Shown here piece after piece: positions 55,427 to 64,000 of a DNA stretch of 64,000 nt. Location of the stretch: contig JBBRLQ010000010.1 of NCBI GenBank assembly GCA_038231275.1, positions 128,001 to 192,000 of the forward strand, given 5' to 3'. Origin of the DNA: Polyangiales bacterium (GTDB lineage Bacteria > Myxococcota_A > Polyangia > Polyangiales > Polyangiaceae). A program made the position numbers and the translations under genes. The notes under the pieces are model-generated. The model made no database searches. It was given only the letters and a program-made list of their open reading frames with translations, and was not told the DNA's origin. Numbering within the stretch: the first letter of the stretch is position 1; each line of letters starts with the position of its first letter.

Positions 55427-55442
55427 AGCAAGCGACATGCCG
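55427..55442 (-). promoter_or_regulatory. sigma54 -24/-12 promoter-like box
   Basis: CGGCATGTCGCTTGCT. Confidence 0.6.
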
Positions 55443-55457
55443 CAGCGGCTCGATGCG

Positions 55458-55473
55458 TGGCACGCGGAGTGCT
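55458..55473 (+). promoter_or_regulatory. sigma54 -24/-12 promoter-like box
   Basis: TGGCACGCGGAGTGCT; -12 C is 15 nt before ATG 55487. Confidence 0.65.
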
Positions 55474-55486
55474 GATTGGCTTCGTC

Positions 55487-55645
55487 ATGGACCCCACCCG
55501 CAAGACCGAGCAAGAGACGTGGCTGGCCAAGATCGAGCGCGCGGTTCAGAGCTTCCGCGTCGCGAGTGAGCAGGCCGTCGGGCGCGCGCAAAGCGAGATG
55601 CCGTCACCCGGACAGAGCCAACCCTCGAATCGAGGCGGGCAATGA
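55487..55645 (+). CDS. Small hypothetical protein (52 aa)
   Basis: MDPTRKTEQETWLAKIERAVQSF...; GC3-rich codons, amphipathic helix, sigma54-like box upstream. Confidence 0.5.
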   Translation: MDPTRKTEQETWLAKIERAVQSFRVASEQAVGRAQSEMPSPGQSQPSNRGGQ

Positions 55646-55722
55646 GCTGCACAATCGCCACAACGTGGCAATTATGTAACTCCGCCGCTGTGTAGTTACG
55701 GAAGGTTGCGCCCGGAATGCGT

Positions 55723-55738
55723 AGGCACTGCAGTTGCT
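55723..55738 (+). promoter_or_regulatory. sigma54 -24/-12 promoter-like box
   Basis: AGGCACTGCAGTTGCT upstream of activator copy B. Confidence 0.6.
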
Positions 55739-55789
55739 TATTCGCTGGGCGGCGCCATAAAAGCGCCACATTCTCTCGAAGGACGACCC

Positions 55790-57204
<1,415 letters not shown>

Positions 57205-57208
<4 letters not shown>

Positions 57209-57963
57209 CGAGCCGCGACGCGGAGTCCGGCGAAGATCACCCCCCCGACGAAGCGGACTACCTTCGCACCGAGTTCCTCGAGCGGATCGCGCACGAGCTG
57301 CGCGGGCCCGCCGGTGTCACGCTGGGGACGCTCGACGAGATGGAGCTCGCGCTGGGCCCCGACGCCGACAAAATCAAGCAGCTGATGGCGATGGCGAGGC
57401 GAGGTGCGCGTCGCGTGCTGCGGACTGCCGAGCGACTGAGCCGCACCGCGCAGCTCGTGGGAGAGCACGTCGAGTGGTCACGCGCGCCGTCGGATCTCAA
57501 GACCGTGCTGCAGCGGGCGGTGCGCGAGGCGGAGCTGACCGAGGCGCGGAGGGGCATCAGCGTCGTCCTCTCGGTTCCCTCGCAGCCCTGCACGGTCGCG
57601 GTGGACGCCCCGTGGCTAGCGGTCGCCGTCATCGAGCTCGTCGTCAACGCGATCGCGCACGCGCGAAAGGTCGTCTCCGTCACCGTCAATCTCGAACCCG
57701 GCGCCGCGGTCATCGCCGTGACCGACGACGGCGTCGGATTCGCGGGTCCCGTGCAAGACCGCTTCGCACCGCCGCGCGATCGACGAGGTCTCGGTCTTTC
57801 GCTCTCGATCGTCAAGGACGTCGCGGTCGCGCACGGAGGGACCCTGTCGGTCGATCCACGCAAGGCCGAAGAGACAACCGAGGCGCGAGGTGCGACCGTT
57901 CGGCTCACTCTCCCCTACGCGGGCGCCACGAGCGCGACGGTGGAGCCGGGACCCCACCTATGA
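57205..57963 (+). CDS. Sensor-less histidine kinase
   Basis: IAHELRGP, ELVVNAI, DDGVG, GLGLSL; ATGA overlap. Confidence 0.88.
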
Positions 57964-58361
57964 ACGACGACGCGCTCCTCCCGTGGCTGGTCGTCGTCGC
58001 CGACGACGACGAGGACACGCGTCTCCTCATGGCATCGTCCTTCCGTCGCGCCGGGTTCGACGTCGCCGAAGCCTCCAACGGCGTGGAGCTGCTCGACTCG
58101 TTCGCGCAAGAGCCAACGCGACGCGTGATGGTCGTCTCGGACATCGGGATGCCGCAAATGGACGGGATCGCCGCCACGAGCGAGGTGCGGAGGAGGGGCA
58201 GGACGACCCCCGTCCTCCTCGTGACGGCCTTCGGCGACGAGCGCACCCTTCGAAGCGCGCGCGACGCCGGGGCCGACAAGGTGCTCCTGAAGCCGCTCGA
58301 CCTCCCCCTCCTCGTTCGAACTGCCATGGAGCTGATGAACGCGCCGCCGCGCGTTGCCTGA
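57960..58361 (+). CDS. Single-domain response regulator
   Basis: VVADDD, VSDIGMP, VTAF, KPL; ATGA overlap. Confidence 0.88.
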   Translation: MNDDALLPWLVVVADDDEDTRLLMASSFRRAGFDVAEASNGVELLDSFAQEPTRRVMVVSDIGMPQMDGIAATSEVRRRGRTTPVLLVTAFGDERTLRSARDAGADKVLLKPLDLPLLVRTAMELMNAPPRVA

Positions 58362-58365
58362 CGCG

Positions 58366-58530
58366 TCACACCGACGCGCGTCTGCCGAACAAGAACGACA
58401 GCCCGGCGAGGACGACGAAGACGACGAAGAGGACCTTCGCGATCCCAGCGGAGTCGGCGGCGATCCCACCGAAGCCCATGACGGCGGCGACGAGCGCGAT
58501 GCAGAAAAAGACGGCGGCCCAGTACAGCAT
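58366..58530 (-). CDS. DUF1328 (UPF0391) small membrane protein
   Basis: [23 protein letters not shown]...[17 protein letters not shown]. Confidence 0.9.
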   Translation of the reverse strand: MLYWAAVFFCIALVAAVMGFGGIAADSAGIAKVLFVVFVVLAGLSFLFGRRASV

Positions 58531-58541
58531 GACGATTCTCC

Positions 58542-59570
58542 TTATCGTTGGTTCAGGGTTGTTCGAGATGACGACGGGAAGACTGCCGTTCGGCCGGTGT
58601 GCCGGGCGTTCAGCTCGGAGGCGACGAGGACGAGCACCGCGGCCGTCGCGAACGCCGCGGCGAGGACGCTCCACGAGCTCACGCGGTGGTCCGCGTGTTT
58701 GTCCTTCGGCGCGGGGGACGCGCTCTTCTTCGGCTTCGGCGCCGGCTTCAGCGCAGCTTCGAAGGCGTCCGCCATCTCGGCGACGTCGGCGAACCGATCC
58801 TCGAGCTTACGTGCGAACGCTCGCGCGAACCACCCGTCGAGTGCGCGGGGCAGCTCCGGGCTCGCCAAGCATGGCCGCACGAAGACGCCGCTCGTGACCG
58901 CGACGCAGACCGCGGGATACGACGGACCGTCGAACGGCAAGCAGCCGAGCAGGCACTCGTAGGCCACCACCGCAGCGGCCCACATGTCCTCGTGCACGCT
59001 CCCGACGCCGCCCTCGACGAGCTGCTCGGGGCTCATGTACGGCCCGGTGCCAACCGTCACCGCGTCGGACTCGCCCCTGGGCTCCTCGCGGGATGACGCG
59101 ACGCCGAAGTCCACGAGCGTGACGCGCGGTTCGTCTTCCGAGCCCGAGAGCATCACGTTGGCGGGTTTGACGTCGCGGTGAACGACACCCTCTGCGTGAA
59201 CCTCGCCGAGCGCCGCGAGGAGCTCACGGATTACGCGGAGCGCGACCGTGTACGCCGGCTTTCCGCCGCTCGCCTCGAAACGATCGGACAGGCTGACGCC
59301 GTCGACGTTCTGCATCACCGCGTACGGCTGCCCGTAATGGTTGCCCGCGCAGACGAGGCGCGCCGCGCGCGAAGTCCGCAGCGCGCCGAGGATCCGCAAT
59401 TCGCGCTCGAAGCGCGCGACCGCCCGCGGATCGCCGAGGAGCTTCGGCAGCATCATCTTGATGGCGACGAGCGCGCCCTCGTGACGGCCGAGCCAAACCG
59501 TTCCCATGCCGCCGCGCCCGAGCAGCCTGAGTAGTTGAATTTTCTCTCCGACGCGGGCGACCGGTTGCAT
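58542..59570 (-). CDS. Hanks-type Ser/Thr protein kinase
   Basis: [34 protein letters not shown]-terminal TM segment; start 59570 or 59576. Confidence 0.9.
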   Translation of the reverse strand: MQPVARVGEKIQLLRLLGRGGMGTVWLGRHEGALVAIKMMLPKLLGDPRAVARFERELRILGALRTSRAARLVCAGNHYGQPYAVMQNVDGVSLSDRFEASGGKPAYTVALRVIRELLAALGEVHAEGVVHRDVKPANVMLSGSEDEPRVTLVDFGVASSREEPRGESDAVTVGTGPYMSPEQLVEGGVGSVHEDMWAAAVVAYECLLGCLPFDGPSYPAVCVAVTSGVFVRPCLASPELPRALDGWFARAFARKLEDRFADVAEMADAFEAALKPAPKPKKSASPAPKDKHADHRVSSWSVLAAAFATAAVLVLVASELNARHTGRTAVFPSSSRTTLNQR

Positions 59571-59583
59571 CTGCATCGGAGTT

Positions 59584-59599
59584 AGCAGTCCGCGTGCCA
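59584..59599 (-). promoter_or_regulatory. sigma54 -24/-12 promoter-like box
   Basis: TGGCACGCGGACTGCT; -12 C is 15 nt before ATG 59570. Confidence 0.65.
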
Positions 59600-59778
59600 C
59601 TCCCGCCGATCCCGACGATTTGGCTTCATTTAGCTATGATCGCGCGCGTCGACGCCTCCCGCATCCACGCCCCACTGGGGCGGCCGAGCAAGCACGTTTC
59701 TCCAACCGAGCGTGGACGAGCTCCGAGCGCGCGAAGCGTTTGGTGCGCTCGAACCAACGCGCGCGCGCGAGCTCGGCG

Positions 59779-59794
59779 TGGCGCGCATCCTGCA
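59779..59794 (+). promoter_or_regulatory. sigma54 -24/-12 promoter-like box
   Basis: TGGCGCGCATCCTGCA upstream of AAGGAG and ATG 59826. Confidence 0.6.
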
Positions 59795-59825
59795 AAGTAG
59801 GGCTTACAGAAGAAGGAGAGACATC

Positions 59826-60317
59826 ATGCGTTCGATTGCCAATACTGCCGACGATGCGATGGATCAGGTCAAGAGCACGGCCGTTAGCGCCAAGGGGAAC
59901 CTGATGGACTTCGGGACGCAGGCCCTCAAGTTCATCAACACGCTCCGCGTCATGGAAATGCGCAGCGCGGACACGGTGCTCGACCGCATGGGGCTGCAGC
60001 GTCGTGAGAGCGCGCTGCGTCCGTTCATGTGGTTCGCGGCCGGCGGGCTCGCGGTGGGCGCCGTCGCGCTGGTCCTCGCGCCCGAATCCGGGAAGAATCT
60101 GCGGGCGCGCCTCGCGCGGATGCTCGACAAGGGAGTGGAGAAGGCCAAGGACGCCGAGTCGAAGGTGGAGGACGCGATCTCCGACGCCAAGAAGACCGTC
60201 GTCGCGGCCACCCACACAGTCGCCGCGGCCACCCACACAACGGAGGCGCGCGTTCAGCAGGGGGTCGACGATCTCCGCCGGAACAACATCCCCAAGAACG
60301 ATCACGTCATTCGCTGA
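59826..60317 (+). CDS. YtxH-domain protein
   Basis: FAAGGLAVGAVALVLAPESGKNLR; strong RBS. Confidence 0.85.
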   Translation: MRSIANTADDAMDQVKSTAVSAKGNLMDFGTQALKFINTLRVMEMRSADTVLDRMGLQRRESALRPFMWFAAGGLAVGAVALVLAPESGKNLRARLARMLDKGVEKAKDAESKVEDAISDAKKTVVAATHTVAAATHTTEARVQQGVDDLRRNNIPKNDHVIR

Positions 60318-60342
60318 GTCGATCCGCCGGCCGGATCGAAGT

Positions 60343-60377
60343 CGGGGCGCCACCGCGTGTATCGCGGCGGCGCCCCG
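60343..60377. terminator. GC-rich hairpin between convergent genes
   Basis: CGGGGCGCC...CCGCG / CGCGG...GGCGCCCCG. Confidence 0.5.
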
Positions 60378-60424
60378 AGCTCATTTCGTAGCTGGAAGCG
60401 CGCGCGAGAGGCCGCGCTTTTTCA

Positions 60425-60904
60425 TCAGGCCTTGTCGACCATCGTCTTCAGATCGGTCCATTGTTGCGCGACGCGCGCCTTCGCGTCGTCCCAGCCCGTT
60501 GCAGTCACGGTGTCGAGCCCACGGAAGCTGGTCACGAAGGCCTCGCGCTGGGCGTGGACCTGCTTCAGGCTTGCTTCGAGGTCCGTCTTGGCTTTGCCCG
60601 TTTGGGTCTTCGCCTTCGCGTCCAGCCCCTCGATCTTCTTGTCGAGGTCGACGAGATCGGTCGTCACCTTGTGACGAAAGTCCTCGCGCAGCGTGCTGAA
60701 CTTCGCCTGCGCCTCCGCCACCTTCTTGTCGGCCTCCGCCTGCGCGGTGTTCGCCTTGTCGTCGGCCTCGTGCCGGGCGCTCGCGATTTTTTTGTCGGCC
60801 TCGGTCTGGGCGTTGTTCGCCTTCTGCTGCTCGTCGGCCGCCTTATCGCAGCCCATCGCCATGACCATCGAGACGAACGCACCCATGAGAATCGAAGAAC
60901 GCAT
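60425..60904 (-). CDS. Coiled-coil hypothetical lipoprotein
   Basis: Lipobox AMGC; repeated AQ.EADKK; AAGGAGG RBS. Confidence 0.85.
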   Translation of the reverse strand: MRSSILMGAFVSMVMAMGCDKAADEQQKANNAQTEADKKIASARHEADDKANTAQAEADKKVAEAQAKFSTLREDFRHKVTTDLVDLDKKIEGLDAKAKTQTGKAKTDLEASLKQVHAQREAFVTSFRGLDTVTATGWDDAKARVAQQWTDLKTMVDKA

Positions 60905-60944
60905 GTGGAACCTCCTTGACCCGTCAGCGAGTCAGCTCGGGCTT

Positions 60945-60960
60945 AGCAAGGGCCGTACCG
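60945..60960 (-). promoter_or_regulatory. sigma54 -24/-12 promoter-like box
   Basis: CGGTACGGCCCTTGCT just after the TamB stop. Confidence 0.55.
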
Positions 60961-60976
60961 CACCAAGGCGGAGCTC

Positions 60977-63900
60977 TCAGTAGCGGTAGCGCCACACGAC
61001 GTCGGCCATCGAGCTGCCCTGGTCTCCGAACGTCGTCGCGAGCGACCAGTTTCGCAGGAAGCGCCAGTCGATCGTGGCGAACGTGCGGTCGGGGTTGGTG
61101 CCGGGCGGCGGCGTGCCGAGGACGACGGCGATCTGCAGCGAGATGTCCTTCGCGATGCGCAGCTCCACTTCGGGGCGCGGGTTCGCGGAGTCGGTCGTGT
61201 CGACCTTCGTCTCCACGTCGAGGCCGGTGAGGCTGTCGATGCCTTTGCTGAGGCCTCCGCTCGCCAGGCCGCCTGCAGCCGTTCCCGCGCGCGTCGCGCC
61301 GTCGGCGGTGGGCTGCGCGTAAGGAGTCGACGACGAGCCGTCCGCCGTGCCGAAGAGGATGAGCGCGAGGATCTCGTTCTGCGGACGCCCCGGCTCGGAG
61401 CGCAGCGTGACCTTGCCGGTCTTGAGCGGCCCCGAGAAATCCGCGAGCACGCGCGTTCCGTCGGACGCGGTCCAGCCGGCGGTCACGACGACCTCGGGGT
61501 TCGAGGGATCGTCGCCGACGAACGAGACCGTGCCCCTCTCAATTTCGAAGTGCTTGTTCTGGACCTCGAGCGTGCCGCTCTTGAGGCGGATTTGCCCGGA
61601 CATGCGCGTCTTGTCGCTCACGTGGATCTCCGGCGTACCTTCGAGCGCGACACGGAGCGTGCGCCCGCGCTCGATCGCGACGTCTTGGCCAAGGTGAAAC
61701 GCGACGTTCACGCGGGTCGGCGCGCCGGGCGTCGCCTCGGGCTCGCGGAGATCTTCCCCGTCGATCGGCAAGGTGACGAACTGGCCGGGCGCGCGGAACG
61801 TCCCAATTCGCACTTTCTTGGGCTCGTCGAGTGGCTGCACGGCGTGAGGCGACGCGTCGGGGAGACGGACGTGCAGGGTCGGGACTTCGACGTCGATGTT
61901 GGTGATCGACCCATCCGCGGACGACACGGCGACGACTTGCATGTCGCCGTACATGTCTCCCATCTGCACGCCCTGAACTCCGACGGGAATGGGTTTTCCC
62001 TTCGGCACGCGGATCGCGGCGCGCGCCTCGGCGACGCGGAGGCCGTTCAAGCGCGCGACTCCGGCAGCCATGACCATGCCGGAGGTTCCGAACGCCTGGA
62101 CGCCTTCGAGGCGTAAGACGCCGCCCTCGGACAACGTCAGCTTGCCCTGCACGCCGTGGAGCTCCTGGCCCAACGACGTGATCTGGACGGTCGCGTCGTG
62201 GACGGAGACGGTGCCGCTCGCGTGCGCGGCCTCGCCGCCGGCCGGCACCGAGTAGCGCGCGTCGGCGTCGAGCTTTCCCGAGAGATCCGCCACCGCCGGC
62301 TCCACGAACGGAGTCAGCGCCGCGAGCGGAAACGACTGCGCGCGCAACGTCAGGAGCGCAGGCTTCGTGCCGTCGACCTTGGGCACGAGGAGCGCTCCCC
62401 ACGTGACGCCGACGTCCGCGCGCGCGTCGACGAACGAGCCGGGCTGGTCGAGTCGCGCGGCGCCGTGCAGCGCGCCGCCCGCCACCGTCGCGTCGACCTT
62501 CGCGGTCGCGAACCTCGCGGTCCCGATCTCGAGGCCGTCGACGCTCAGGCTCGCCTTCGCGCTCGCGTCGCCATGGAGGTGCGCCACTTCCAGCTGTCCG
62601 CTGATGCGCCCGCGGACCTGGCGATCGGAGAGCGCGGCGACGGCGACGAGAGGGAACCTGTCGAGCTTTGCGTTCGCCGACGCCACCCACGGAGGATCCT
62701 TCTTCGCGTCCGCGCCGACGAAGTCCGTGAGGAGGGCCTCGAGGTGGGCGGTCGCGGCGAGGACCTTGCCCTTCGGCGTACGCGCCTCGAGGGTTGCGTC
62801 GGCGAGGCCCGCCGCATAGCGCGCGACGAGATCCACGTCGAGCTTGTTCGTGATCGGCGCTTGCGGCGACTTCGCGCCGAACATGTGCGCGCTGACGTCG
62901 ACGACCGGCACGAGGACGGTGCCCTGCATCCCGATCGAGGCGGTGACGTCTCCGGCGGCTTTGTCGCCGACGAAGGGGATCGCGCTGAACGGCCGGCGCG
63001 GCAGGAACGCGCGCGCAGAGAAGGGGACGGCGAGCAGCGCGTCGACTGTGTCCGGCGCCGCGGCGATCTCACGGTACGGAAGCGCCGTAGCGCGGGCGTC
63101 GAGGGAGACGAGGATCCCGCGCCGATCGACGACGCGGCCGTCGAGCCCGACGTCGCCGCTCGGTCCGTCGAGGCTCGCGTCGACTTGGAGATCGAAGCCC
63201 TCTAGCCGGCGGCCCTCATTCGAGAGCACGACGGTGCCGTTGGCCGCGCGCGCCGGCGTCACGGTGGCCAGCGTGAGCCCCGACGTCTCGAGCGCTGCGT
63301 GGAAGCTCGGCGCCGAGTCGCTGCCCTTCGCGCGCCAGGCCGACGCGCGGACGCTCAAGTTTCCGCCGACGTCCCCGATGGGGCTGGGACCGGCGTGAGG
63401 CACGAGGAAAGCGAGCTTCGACAGCGCCACTTGCCCCTCGACCTCGACGTCTCCCCAGGCGCTCTTCCACGCATCCGCGCGGAGGGGGCCGTCGCCGGGG
63501 ATCTCGACCCGCGCGTTCTTCACCTCGACGCGCCCGAAGCCCGCCTCGGACGCGCGCGCGCGGACGGCCGCGGCGCGCCCAGCGAAGGTGGCGTCGAGGT
63601 GCGCGTTCGCGTCCTTCGACGCGAAGCCGTCGGCGTGGCGCAGATCCATGGTCAGCGTGCCGTGGACCGCGCGCTCGGTGGCCTTCAAATCGGCGTCCAC
63701 CGTCAGCGCTCCGCCACGAATGCGGTCGGCCATTCCCAAGAGACCGCCGACGAGCGCCAGATCGAGGCCCTTCGTGACGGCGCGCGCCTCCGCCGACGTC
63801 GGACCGCGGCGACCGGAGAGCGTGAGCGGCTCGCCGAGCCCCTTGAGGACGGCGCCGTCGACCTGGATCTCCCCGCCGGCCGCGCGCACCGCATCGACGT

Positions 63901-64000
63901 GAAGGTCGGCGGCGACGCGCCCGCGCCTCGCCGTCACGTTCACATCTCGGATACGGGCTCCGTCGCGCGTGTCGAACACCCCCTGCGCCTGCACGTCGGG
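60977..64000 (-). CDS. tamB: TamB (DUF490) translocation/assembly module protein, 5' truncated by the window edge
   Basis: Over 1000 aa of beta-rich sequence; F.IERGTVSF.GD.P.NP, LRSEP..PQNEILALILFG, C-terminal DVVWRYRY. Confidence 0.85.
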   Translation of the reverse strand, partial: PDVQAQGVFDTRDGARIRDVNVTARRGRVAADLHVDAVRAAGGEIQVDGAVLKGLGEPLTLSGRRGPTSAEARAVTKGLDLALVGGLLGMADRIRGGALTVDADLKATERAVHGTLTMDLRHADGFASKDANAHLDATFAGRAAAVRARASEAGFGRVEVKNARVEIPGDGPLRADAWKSAWGDVEVEGQVALSKLAFLVPHAGPSPIGDVGGNLSVRASAWRAKGSDSAPSFHAALETSGLTLATVTPARAANGTVVLSNEGRRLEGFDLQVDASLDGPSGDVGLDGRVVDRRGILVSLDARATALPYREIAAAPDTVDALLAVPFSARAFLPRRPFSAIPFVGDKAAGDVTASIGMQGTVLVPVVDVSAHMFGAKSPQAPITNKLDVDLVARYAAGLADATLEARTPKGKVLAATAHLEALLTDFVGADAKKDPPWVASANAKLDRFPLVAVAALSDRQVRGRISGQLEVAHLHGDASAKASLSVDGLEIGTARFATAKVDATVAGGALHGAARLDQPGSFVDARADVGVTWGALLVPKVDGTKPALLTLRAQSFPLAALTPFVEPAVADLSGKLDADARYSVPAGGEAAHASGTVSVHDATVQITSLGQELHGVQGKLTLSEGGVLRLEGVQAFGTSGMVMAAGVARLNGLRVAEARAAIRVPKGKPIPVGVQGVQMGDMYGDMQVVAVSSADGSITNIDVEVPTLHVRLPDASPHAVQPLDEPKKVRIGTFRAPGQFVTLPIDGEDLREPEATPGAPTRVNVAFHLGQDVAIERGRTLRVALEGTPEIHVSDKTRMSGQIRLKSGTLEVQNKHFEIERGTVSFVGDDPSNPEVVVTAGWTASDGTRVLADFSGPLKTGKVTLRSEPGRPQNEILALILFGTADGSSSTPYAQPTADGATRAGTAAGGLASGGLSKGIDSLTGLDVETKVDTTDSANPRPEVELRIAKDISLQIAVVLGTPPPGTNPDRTFATIDWRFLRNWSLATTFGDQGSSMADVVWRYRY

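Overview
This is a high-GC, gene-dense bacterial window. MYXO-CTERM-like anchors, three Hanks-type Ser/Thr kinases, a DUF1592/DUF1552 pair and many lipoproteins point to a myxobacterium (inference). The left part (1-22.6 kb) holds mostly secreted or lipoprotein genes: two proteins sharing an uncharacterised 'CGxERW...ELHAVL' domain, a beta-propeller lipoprotein, a PAP2 phosphatase, a triheme cytochrome c, a fatty-acid desaturase, egtB-egtD, a tail-lysozyme/Ig/MYXO-CTERM protein, phosphoesterases and an aldo-keto reductase-kinase-HAD-like fusion. The right part (22.6-64 kb) is a general-stress/envelope block: DUF2383, a tandem USP coupled to a 2834-aa cyclic beta-1,2-glucan synthase, CsbD, YtxH, DUF1328, DUF4398/OmpA, an Mla-type ABC system, TamB, duplicated histidine kinases and receivers, a diguanylate cyclase and two divergent paralogous sigma54 activators. 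The main unexplained signal is 19 sigma54 (-24/-12)-like boxes, 17 of them between 23 and 61 kb. Twelve lie only 13-17 nt before a start codon, which predicts near-leaderless mRNAs and supports three unannotated small ORFs. Three pairs of boxes sit back-to-back, and one of the two activators carries an Arg-finger-to-Cys change. No rRNA, tRNA, CRISPR array or mobile element was recognised. All family calls come from motif recognition by eye, not from database searches.
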